A stretch of 64,000 bases of DNA from Macrostomum hystrix (taxonomy: Eukaryota; Animalia; Platyhelminthes), in contig CATNEN010000039.1 in the NCBI GenBank assembly GCA_950097015.1, positions 8,866,001 to 8,930,000 of the forward strand, given 5' to 3'. The number at the start of each line of letters is the position of its first letter. Within the stretch, counting starts at the first letter, position 1. The notes below the pieces were generated by a model that was not told where the DNA came from, did no database searches, and saw nothing but the letters and a program-made list of their open reading frames with translations. Of the stretch, positions 23,151-34,668 are shown piece after piece. The position numbers were made by a program, and so were the translations under genes.

Positions 23151-24536
23151 ACAGGGCATCTTTCACAATTTTCAGATTTAGTTGAGCTGTCCTCGCGTGA
23201 ATTCCGTGTGCCTTTCGCTGGCTGGCATAGAATCAGCTGAGATTTTTTCCTCAAAGTAGTTTTCCTAAAAAGCGGAGAGCAATCACGGAACAAGTCTGAG
23301 CAGCTGAGCCCACCTGCTTCAATTTATAGAGCGACTATTTCATGATTCGGTGGAGCGTCCAGGAAGCTGTGTGATTGTTGATTATCAAGAAATTTGCAGT
23401 TGTATTTGTGCCGATTACCTCTTGTATCCAATGGAATCCGTGGGCGGTCGCTTGTCTTGTTTGATGCAATTTTTTTTGCCATAAACATTGTCACAATCGA
23501 GCAACCTTTCCTCTAGCGGAAATGCAAAAAAACTTCACATGCCCGGCATTTCAGTCTCCGTTTTGTAATAACGCTGCGACGGAGTTTTAAACAGCTCGGC
23601 AAACAAACTGGGGTAAGTAGAACGGATTAGGCGAGTGTAGTCTGAGCTCGAATCCGTAGGCCAAATTCATCTGAGTCTTAGGAACTATTACAATTTTGGC
23701 GCGTTGGAATGACGGCCAAAACACAGTAAGAGTGTACGCTGTCACACGAGAGCCAGGGCATGTCTTTGTGTGCCTGAGTACGTTATCAGTGTGCGTACAA
23801 GGAGTGGGCGACACAACATGCAGGGGTGTTGTAAGCGATTGAAAAGCGCTTACATCGGTTCTCCTTTCAATCAGCGACCTTCATCTGCATTTCGACCCAC
23901 CCAGCGCTCAAAATAGACCTGAGCGAGCCAGACCGGCTGACCTGACGGCCTGGAAAGCAATGACGCAGAGACCGAGAACCTATGCACCCTATCAGCCTGC
24001 GAACTCGTGCCTAGAATGCTCGCGGCTGGTGTGTTGGGTTGGGGACCATGGCAACGCGGGGCAGAGAGATAACTGCTTGTGTGTTATCTGTTAGATCTCT
24101 CTCTCTGACCCCCCCTACTGCTAAACACTGTGCCTTATCGCTTGAATATAAAATACACTGCTTCGTAGATATGCTCCTGCACTGAAGCTTTGAGATGTGA
24201 GTCTCACACTCATAATTGTTGGCCTCTGTGGTCAGTACGAGTTCAAGTCTTTCGGTTAGTGTTAGCAGAAGGTAGCAGGCAGCAAGAAAACCTGCTATAG
24301 GTGCCACTACCACGGGGCGCCACTACCAGGAGGCGCCAAATAGCTTCGTCAGCCGATTAGGGGGGCCGCGGCCCCTTGCAATGAAATTAATATGTCGACG
24401 TTGTTGTTATTTTGAATAGTGAAAGCGGTTGTTGTGAAAGCGGATACTGTGAAAGCGGATAAATGCATTTGTACCATTCTGAGAATTGTTCAATTTATCC
24501 TCTGCAGGAAGAAAACAGGAAAATAGGAACACACGT

Positions 24537-26430
24537 ATGGACAGCTGTCAATGGCTTAAAGAAGGCCAGGGACACACATTCGACGTTCAGCACACGTCGG
24601 TTGACTTCAAAGGAAACGTATTTCGAGTTTGGGGCAACCCAGTGCAACAGGTATTGTTTTTTGTAACAAAGAAAAAGTAAATACTATACCCTGTTTAGCT
24701 TCTGCGTGTCTCTATACATCGATGAAATGTTGAGAGTCGGGTGGGTGCTGAGATTCAGTGAGCGCTGAGTCGATTATTTATTTACCATGAGTGGGCAGAA
24801 TAAAACTATTGACCTATGCTAAGTTAGTGAGAGGATTATCCACACTAGTATGGAGAAGGAAAGGAATTATCTAACTTGATTAGAGAGGGATAATCTACCA
24901 TGAGCAGTGAAAGGGGTTATCTACCATGAGCAGTGAAAGGGCTTATCTACCATGAGTAGTGAAAGGGGGTTATCTACCATGAGCAGTGAAAGGGGTTATC
25001 TACCATGAGCAGTGAAAGGGCTTATCTACCATAAGCAGTGAAAGGGGTTATCTACCATAAGCAGTGAAAGGGATTATCTACCATTAGCAGTGAAAGGGGT
25101 TATCTACCATTAGCAGTGAAAGGGGTTATCTAGCATGAGCAGTGAAAGGGGTTATCTACCATTAGCAGTGAAAGGGGTTATCTAGCATGAGCAGTGAAAA
25201 GGGTTATCTACCATGAGCAGTGAAAGGGCTTATCTGCCATGAGTAGTGAAAGGGGTTATCTACCATGAGCAGTGAAAGGGCTTATCTACCAAAAGCAGTT
25301 AAAGGGCTTATCTACCATGAGTAGTGAAAGGGGTTATCTACCATGAGCAGTGAAAGGGGTTATCTGCCATGAGTAGTGAAAGGGGTTATCTACCATGAGC
25401 AGTGAAAGGGCTTATCTACCAAAAGCAGTTAAAGGGCTTATCTACCATGAGCAGTGAAAGGGGTTATCTAAGTTGATTCGAGAAAGGGGTTATCAACCAT
25501 GATCAGTGAAAGGGGTTATCCACCATGAGCAGTGAAAGGGGTTATCTACCATGAGCAGTGAAAGGGATTATCTACCATGAGCAGCGAAAGGGGGTTATCT
25601 ACCATGATCATTGAAAGGGGTTATCCACTATGAGCAGTGAAAGGGGTTATCAACCATGATCAGTGAAAGGGGTTATCCACCATGAGCAGTGAAAGGGGTT
25701 ATCAAAGTTGATTCGAGAAAGGGGTTATCAACCATGAGCAGTAAAAGGGGTTATCTAAGTTGATTCGAGAAAGGGGTTATCAACCATGAGCAGAGAAAGG
25801 GGTTATCTAACATGAGCAGAGAAATGGGTTATCTACGTTGATTCGAGAAAGGGGACTATCTACCTTGAATAGGGTAATATAATTATGTGCCCCGATTTGG
25901 GATGGTGGATTCGGCACAATCAGTACACCTGGACTCATTAAAGAACAGTTTTATTGCAGGCCGCTGCCGCTACCCGATACACATCGCAGGCCGTGACAAG
26001 CAAGCTCTGCTCGAACAATCAGATGTTGGCCGCACTGTTAGACGCAGAGACGCCCGGCATGTCATTGCTCGCTGCCAGAATGTTCCAATTCGGCCGAGAA
26101 GCGGACTCGCCGTCAGCCAGCAGCTTCTGGCACGACTGCTCCGGGAGCAGCAGTCCTGACTGGACTACAGCTCTCAGGCAGCGGTCGGACGCTCATCAAC
26201 AAGATGCTGGTGCGTCACCGTCGAGCACGCTTCTAAGGCCAAAGCTTCGACGAGCTCCGCCGAAGCCAGACCTGCCTAGGCTGAACACGCCTCCCCCGCA
26301 GTCTCCGATTCCAGTGTCCCTGCTTCCGCCTCAGCAGTCACCGCTGTCGCTGCCATCAATCTCCTGCCAAGATGCAACCGAACATGACGAGGAAGACTTT
26401 GAGAGTTTGCTAGCATATTTTACGATGTAA
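24537..26430 (+). CDS. Small two-exon orphan protein (~195 aa, Ser/Pro-rich, acidic C-terminus)
   Basis: Exon 24537-24650 (CAG|gtatt) joins in phase 0 to 25960-26430 (ttgcag|GCC). Exon 2 is GC-rich. No recognisable family. Confidence 0.5.
24890..25865. repeat. 26-bp minisatellite (AGTGAAAGGGGTTATCTACCATGAGC)
   Basis: Directly visible. Confidence 0.95.
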
Positions 26431-26827
26431 ACTACGCTCGTATATTTACCCGAATGGGTATAAATGAGTGATTAGGACATTTTTATAGGACTTGGCATGT
26501 TTGGTACACTGGCAAAGACAATAAGTAAAACAGATATCAATATTGCCATTCTTTCTGTGTATTTTTGACAGGAGTGCACACTAATTTAAATAATAAACCA
26601 TGCACCGGAAGTTAATTTCACAAGCACAGCATAAAACTGAGAACTAGTTTGGCCAAGAAGCACTTCACAAACATTTAACAATTCATATTTAGCAACTTTT
26701 TTATTTAAACGTTTCAAATCAATATTTTTTTCTGGCGTCTTACCCGTTATATACTGCAGATCTTAATCCACATAGGGTACATATGATCACAATGTACGTG
26801 CAATAGTTAGATGATCTCAACTGCCTA

Positions 26828-27090
26828 CTCAGGATAGATAATCCCTACCCAGGATAGATAATCCCCTCTCCCTTCCCAGGATAGATAATCCCCTCTCCCT
26901 ACCCAGGATAGATAATCCCCTCTCCCTTCCCAGGATAGATAATCCCCTCTCCCTACCCAGGATAGATAATCCCCTCTCCCTACCCAGGATAGACAATCCC
27001 CCCTCCCTACCCAGAATAGACAATCCCCTCTCCCTACCCAGGATAGATAATCCCCTCTCCCTACCCAGGATAGATAATCCCCTCTCCCTA
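26828..27090. repeat. 27-bp minisatellite (GGATAGATAATCCCCTCTCCCTACCCA)
   Basis: Directly visible. Confidence 0.95.
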
Positions 27091-27298
27091 GCGACTCAAT
27101 GTATATAATCCGCTTTGTGTACTCAGCGCAGATAGTTGACTATAGCACGGTGGATAATCCACTGCCATTACTCAAAGTAGTTAATAAGTTTAATTACAGT
27201 ACTGATAGTTAACACATAGATTAGTGCAAAATAAACAGTAGGGCACGATTTATTGCAGCTACCCGAACAACCATGTTAGTTAATATCATGCTAAAGGG

Positions 27299-30200
27299 TT
27301 AGTTATCAGGCAGCACCTGGCCGTGAACCGTTAGTCGCTGATGAAAAGGTGGAGCTGGGCAGGTCAGGAGTTCGAATCCGACAGACTCGGGTGCGACCGA
27401 TTTGTTGAGCAAGGCTTCGTTCTCGGCCGGCTTATCCTGGTCGACGAATCGATCAGCGGCGGCGGCGGCGGCCAGCCAGTTGTCATCGTCCGCTTCCAGG
27501 CCCAAGCCGAGCACCTCCACCAGATCAACGGGCTGGAGAGCAGCAGGATCTGCCTCTGTTGGCAGCAGCACAGCTTCAGCAGGTCGCGATGAGTGGCAGC
27601 AGTCCAGACAGGCGGCATCTACAGGATGAGCTTCGGTGTTGAAAACGTGCGCGCCAGACCACACGCGGCACGGACCGCGCGGTGTTTGCACAAGGTCGCC
27701 GCCTGATGCGGACGGCTGCGAGTGAAGAAAATGACCCGGGTGGAACAGCAGGTACAGGTACTTGATAGTCTCGGCGAGGAAGAATGATTCCATGCGGTCC
27801 TCAAGACTGTGGTGCAGTACGTTGCTGATCTGTGAGAAATCAAACCAGGTAAGAGATACACTGCCTACTCATAGTAGCAGATGATACCCGACACTGCCTA
27901 CTCACAGTAGCAGATGATACCCGACACTGCCTACTCACAGTAGCAGATGATACCCGACACTGCCTACTCACAGTAGCAGATGATACCCGACACTGCCTAC
28001 TCACAGTAGCTGATGATACCCGACACTGCCTACTCACAGTAGCAGATGATACCCGACACTGCCTACTCACAGTAGCAGATGATACCCGACACTGCCTACT
28101 CACAGTAGCAGATGATACCCGACACTGCCTACTCAAAGTAGCAGATGATACCCGACACTGCCTACTCACAGTAGCAGATGATACCCGACACTGCCTACTC
28201 ACAGTAGCTGATGATACCCGACTCTGCCTACTCACAGTAGCTGATGATACCCGACACTGCCTACTCACAGTAGCTGATGATACTCGACACTGCCTACTCA
28301 TAGTAGCAGATGATACCCGACACTGCCTACTCACAGTAGCAGATGATACCCGACACTGCCTACTCGCAGTAGCTGATGATACCCGACACTGCCTACTCAC
28401 AGTAGCTGATGATACCCGACTCTGCCTACTCACAGTAGCTGATGATACCCGACTCTGCCTACTCACAGTAGCTGATGATACCCGACACTGCCTACTCGCA
28501 GTAGCTGATGATACCCGACACTGCCTACTCACAGTAGCTGATGATACCCGACTCTGCCTACTCACAGTAGCTGATGATACCCGACACTGCCTACTCACAG
28601 TAGCTGATGATACCCGACACTGCCTACTCACAGTAGCTGATGATACCCGACACTGCCTACTCACAGTAGCTGATGATACCCGACATTGCCTACAGGTCTG
28701 ATACATAATACAATAAGGTATAATCCTAAACCATCACTGATGAAACTCACAGTGGCAAAGCCGCATTCAGTCTTGGTGGTGTGCTCAATGGAGTGCATCA
28801 CATCGACGCCCATCTGCAGCACTGCTGGATCACCGGTCGCTCTGTGCAGATAATAGATGCTTTCTATCAGCTCGGGCCGCAATGGATACGCCTCGCGACC
28901 TTGCACCGGCTGTGATTTTGGCACGCTGTAGAACTCAGGAAGGGCGCCGTGGGCTTTCCACACCTTTTCGCCAAGGGTGATTGAGGTTAAATGATCGTTA
29001 TGCAAAATACGAGAATGTTAAAACGCAGCTGGTGGGCATTGACAATTCGACAGTGGTGAGATGACAAAGGGAAGAGATAACACAAGGGAGAGATATGACA
29101 CGGAAGAGATGAGACAGGGAAGAGATGAGACAGGAGAGATGAGACGGGGGACAGATGAGACAGGAAGAATAGACAGGGGCCAGATGAGACAGGGGACAGA
29201 TGAGACAGGAAGAATAGACAGGGGCCAGATGAGACGGGACAGATGAGACAGGGAAGAGATGAGACAGGGGACAGATTAGACAGGGAAGAATAGACAGGGG
29301 ACAGATGAGACAGGGAAGAGATGAGACAGAGGAGATGTGAGACTGCGAGAAATGAGATAAGGAGAGATAAGACACGGGTGTTTCATGTCACATGAGACAT
29401 GGAGGAGATTAAAGTTGAAAGGCAGCTCACCTGGTGATAATTGTGAAGAGTTCTCAAAGCCTGATCAGTGTCACCAACAAGGCTGAGAACGCCAGGCCAG
29501 AAAGCGTCGAGACTCTGAAAGACCGGACTAGTGAGGTGGCCCTTATCCATGTGCACCCAGAAGTACCAATCGTCCATGCGAACATGCTTATTATAGGCCT
29601 CTTTGTAGCCTGCGGTGCGATTGTGGGGATTGAACAGTCTGCCTGCAGCCTGAGCCACCAAGAGCCACGGACCCAAAATGGCAATAATATCTCACCATTA
29701 AACATTTGGACCAGCTCAGGCCGCTGGAGCAGTACTCCAGCTTTGACCAGATATTCAAAATAAGAATCAACAGCGCTGCCGATTCCGGCGTCCAGAGCTG
29801 TCCAACGGCCGCGCTGAACATCCACGTGGTTGCCAACGAGGCCAAGCGGACTGCGTAGCGCGTGCAACGCCTTTACTGCGCCAAGAGCCGCAGCTTCAAA
29901 TGCCGGATCGCCGGTAAGCCGGCTGAGAGCGCCAAATTCGACCAGCAGGGTACCGATGCAGGCGGTGCATGCGATGGGGGTCTCGCCCGGCGGTACACCT
30001 GCGAGCGGAATTGATTGGCTGACACTGATTTTTCTTCTTTCTGATACGATTCCTGCTGCAATTCTTAACATTCTTTCTGATACGATTCCTGCTGCAATTC
30101 TTAACATTCTTTCTGATACGATTCCTGCTGCGATTCTTAACATTCTTTCTGATACGAATCATGCTGTGATTCTTAACATTTTTCCTGGTACAATTCTAAA

Positions 30201-31426
30201 TTTAATGCCTGCAACCTATTCAAAGAGGTTCCAATTGTCTTTTGGAGCGAACTGAGAAAAAAAACCGACCGTGCAACAAGTTGACAGTGCCGTAGGGCAT
30301 GCCAGTGGCGGTGTCGAATGCGGGCAGCAGTCGTCGCGCGAATCTCTCAGCCATGGTCAGCAGAGGCCCGCTGCAGGGCCAGCCGTCGCCGCTATCGTAG
30401 CCGGCCCGGTGACTGAGCAGGTGTGCAGACAGTAAGCCGCCAACAATACGAATATTGGTCTCAAACACGGAGACATTCACATTAGCTAGCGGGTCCAATT
30501 GGCCCAGAAGCAGATCAGCGGCGCGTCGGAATTCGCTATAATTGCCTAGCAGAACCAGAGTATCCAGTGCGTCAACTAGCGTTAGAGAGTAGGCGCCCCA
30601 CGTGTCAGCGCCTGTACAGCTCAGAGGTCTTAGTTCGTCTCTGGGGAAAGCGTGCCGCATGTAGCCGTCGTAGGCGTGGTAGAACATCGCCTTGACTCTC
30701 TGTCTGGTATGGTATTGGTTGGCATTGGTTGGAGCATGGAGCCCTAATCTGTCCAGAGTAAATTTAGGACAGGCTTTCAGCCTTTTCTGGTCCCGACAAT
30801 GAGGATTTATCAGTTGTCTTTCCAGTTTCTGCATTCAGAGCTCTATAATGCTAAGCAATTCCTTAAGCAATACACTTATTTCCCTAGTGTTTGAGCAGAA
30901 ATTTGAGTCCGTGTAGCTGCCTCCATAGTCCATGGACTGAGCAGCTGTACAAAGAATTGTGGAAGTGCTGAGCAAAAGCTGCGGCTGTTGCTACTGACTG
31001 TATATTTGTATATCTGGCCTAACTAAATTAGGTGTAATTTCAATTTTAGATTACTTTAGGCTATTATTAGGCTAGCTACTACTGGATTGGCCAATAGCAG
31101 AAGGTATGGCATAGATGTGAAATCGCATTGTTAAAAAATATCGACGACCAGTAGCTGTTCAGTGGATTGTGAAAACAATGCTGAATTTAGATTAATTATG
31201 AGTTTTTTGTATATAGCTACTAATGCTGACACCACCAAAGAAACCAGCAGCTTAAGAATGCCGATGTAGCAACTGTGTACAATAATTAGCAACAATTAGT
31301 AATAAAGTTGATATTCCACTATACAATATAAGTCCTTACCTGAGTAACACAAAGTCATGTTTTGGCAATGACTTTGCACCCCTAAATTCATCAAGAAGCT
31401 CAATGGTTGCTCCAAGTCTTTGTGAC
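27299..31426 (-). CDS. EDEM2: ER degradation-enhancing alpha-mannosidase-like protein 2 (GH47); 5' end uncertain
   Basis: Exons (31426-31340 probable), 30703-30270, 29998-29696, 29609-29431, 28963-28751, 27829-27299. Motifs [77 protein letters not shown]. The short C-terminus without a PA domain fits EDEM2. Confidence 0.92.
27855..28695. repeat. 33-bp minisatellite in the last EDEM2 intron
   Basis: (CACTGCCTACTCACAGTAGCTGATGATACCCGA), about 25 copies. Confidence 0.97.
29060..29375. repeat. Purine-rich GAGACAGG/AGATG repeat, EDEM2 intron
   Basis: Degenerate 15-16-bp units. Confidence 0.85.
30038..30185. repeat. 33-bp short tandem array, EDEM2 intron
   Basis: (TTTCTGATACGATTCCTGCTGCAATTCTTAACA)-like unit, about 4 copies. 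Confidence 0.9.
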
Positions 31427-34254
31427 CTACAATTAAAAAATATAATAGAGCATAATTATTAATAATATTGCACAAAAAGATTACCATTAGCAATTAAGTA
31501 ATAATTAATTAAAATATATTGTAATTACAATTTTTTGCATTTAGATAAAAAATTGGTACAATACTAACTGCAAAGACAGTTAAATATGTTTTAACATTAT
31601 GGAAGGCAAATCTTTCTTAACAGGGCATACTTAGACTGATCATATTTGTTATTAATTATATTAATAACAACTCGAGTTGTTTGTCGAACTAGTAAAATAG
31701 GCAAGAGCAGAAAAAAAGAACTAGAGGGATGACAGATCGTGAACCGTCCATTCCCACAGAGCCAACAATAGAGCAGCAGTGGCCCTCGGGACTGAGACGA
31801 GAGGAGACCAGAAAAACTGTTGCAAGTTAAGAATGGCTTTTGGAGGCAGTGAGTAGCTGCAATCTTGCGGCTTTCGCTATAGCCCTAAAGATTTAATACA
31901 AGTCAAACTTAGCACACTTAAGAGTCAATGAACATGTGAAATACCCGAGGAGTGGGTGGCTCTGGCAGCTCCGCCCTGAACACATAAGCTCCATATGCAT
32001 TAGCAACTGCATGCAAGCCCTGATCCATGACATAGACACCCCTGCACTTGCCTAAATTAAAAAGAAAACAAATAGACAATTGAATTTTCGGTCAGGCCTA
32101 TGAATGCTCATTTTCGCATATTTTATAAATCTGTTCCCCTTGGCCTTGCTTAAGCATCCCCATTCTCATTCCCCCACTGCCATCACAATGCCTTCTCTCT
32201 TCCATACACTAAATATGCCTGGTCTTCAAGTTGGTATTATTATTTATGATGCCCTGGCTGCAAAATTGAAAATACAAATAAATATTTGTTGCATGGAGAA
32301 GGGTACATTGAACAAGCTGTAGCATCAGCGGGGGCTATTTCACAAATAATAGACACTATGGAGCAAATTCTTAGAGTATGCAATATCCAATGCATAAATG
32401 CTAATAAGAGCCTGAATTAATAATTAAAGATAATGTAATCAGCATTTGTCAAAGTAAAAACTCGCCAGTGGACTGAAAGCGAAAGTAGACTGTTGCACTT
32501 AGCAACAGTCACACCACCAGTGCAGCGGGCAGGAGTACATTTTGTTTAACCATGCAGCTGCATTCAAATATATGTGTGCATCTTCAATTCTGCAAAGTCA
32601 CTTACTCGCTTGCACTGCATTGTTTACTTGGAAAAGACAAGTAATAGAGGATGCGAATCACAGATAATAGAGGATGTGAAATAAAAAAGTGAGAAGAGGC
32701 TGAAGGAAGATGTGGAAGGATGAGGGAGAGATGCAGAAAGATGAGGGAGGAGATGCAGAAGGATAAAGGGGAAGAGATGGAAGGCAAAGGGGTATTAAGC
32801 TAAAGGATAAAGTGGAAAAGGCAAAAGGAAAAAGGGGACGAGGTGAAAGGGAAAAGAGGAATAAGCAGAAAGCAGAAAGATAAAGGGGAAGAGGTTAAAG
32901 GATGAGGCTGAAGAGGTGGAAGGATAAGGGAGAATATGTATGGTTGCAGTATAGAGGCCAGTGAGAAATTTATGAATGTTTCAAAGCCAAAAGTCAGTTA
33001 CAACCACCTTAATGATGTCTGAACGAACAAATATTGAGTGCTATAGATCAAGTTAATAGACTCAATTGAGTACTAAACAAGCAGCTGCAGAGTTGCAAGC
33101 AGAAAAAGCGGAGATTCACCAAGAGCCTTCGGGACTTTTGTTGGTAATTATATAATTTTTATTGAAAGATGATTAAATATGAAATGGTTTTTTTACTTTT
33201 GAATTTGACAGTGCTGTGTTGAATGAAAAAAGTTAGTGCACTGAGTCCTTGTAAAGTAAGCTTTCACAAACTGTGAGTTTTGTAAATTTTGTGTCAGTCT
33301 AATTGTCTACTAAAAAATTCAAAGCAAGTTGCAAAGATTTCATGCATCAAGCTATTATAAAATAGCTTTCTAGAATTTAAATATCTACTTTGGTCTCCAA
33401 TTTTGATAAATAACCTCTGAATTTTCAAAGACTTGGAAAAGCAAAGAACATTTGACTGTACAATGAGCAATGTAAAAAATTGACAAAGACCCATATGCTG
33501 ACCTGAGTATCTAAAAAAGTCTGCACATCATCAAGGAGGTAGGAAATGACTTATTTTGGCTTTAAAATTTTATAAAATTCTCACTAGCCTCAAATTGTGT
33601 AATCACAGCTCTTCCCCTCATCCTTCCAAATCTCTCCTTCAACCAGTTGGCATTGCATTGGGCGTATTAAAGTTATAAATAAGAAAACTAATGTGTCCCA
33701 ATACATCATGACTAGGTTTCACTACTGTAGGTAAGCAAAATAGAATTAATTGCAAAAGGTACAACAGCTTTGAAAAAAACAAAAAAAGAGGAGATAGCAT
33801 TTAGGGTATAGAACACAATTTTAAATCCCACAAATCTGCAAGTTTCAGAGTCAAAGAAGCACTGTATTCATACTTTAGGCTTGAAACAAAGTATAAATTT
33901 TTTGTGAGTTCTTTAATTTTTTAATTTTTCAACAAAAAACTACCTACTGGAATGAATGTCAAAAACCTGCAGATGTGCGACATGGGTATAAAAAATCTTA
34001 AAACTGCAACATGACATGGCGCCAAGGCATTGGGATGTAGCACCAAAAAATTCAGAACATGCTATAGACAGTTGGATACAAATTGTCAACTTCTTCTAAT
34101 GTGAAATAGGATTATAGTGTTTAAAAAGTGTTTTATTGCTTGGGCACTAATCATTTGCTCATAAAGTAATTGGATATATAAAGAATAAGTTTCATACTTT
34201 TCTATAATTTAATAAATTTAAACAATGAATATTGCTTAATAATATAAGCTTCTT

Positions 34255-34668
34255 AATAATATAATAATTGACACTAGACCCAAGGGCCAGTGCAGGTGTT
34301 GTGTGTCAGGCACACTAGCAGGTGGGGACTGCACACCTATTGTACTCCCGGCTCTCTCCGACACTGGTTGACAGCCGCATGTCAGCCATGGAATTTATTT
34401 TTCCAAACATATCGGCAGCATCAAAACCCCACAGAATTGCCGCACAGAACTGCTTTATTCCACGCCAGCCGGAATTATTATTACCCAACGAAATGTCGGT
34501 ACTCATTTGCAGCTGAGTAGACTGTGTGCACATCAGGGCAAAGCAGCTTGCCAAAGGCTGCACGAATAGTTCAAGACTAGGTCGGGAGTCGAACCCAGGA
34601 CCATCTGATCCAGAGTCCGACACCTTACTGACTGAGCTATCCGCCCTCAGTCAGTGAGCTATCCGCCC
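34255..34668 (-). mobile_element. Full-length tRNA-derived SINE, family C, with 12-bp TSD
   Basis: Head GGGCGGATAGCTCAGTCAG...GGTTCGACTCC, (ATT)n tail, and TSD TATAAGCTTCTT at 34243-34254 and 34669-34680. Confidence 0.9.

Noticed and set aside
23540-24380. Possible LTR/PBS remnant (TGTAATA start; tggcgcc motifs)
   Set aside because: I could not find a matching terminus or TSD.
27840-28706. 288-aa [11 protein letters not shown] repeat ORF
   Set aside because: An intronic 33-bp satellite, out of frame with the upstream EDEM2 exon.
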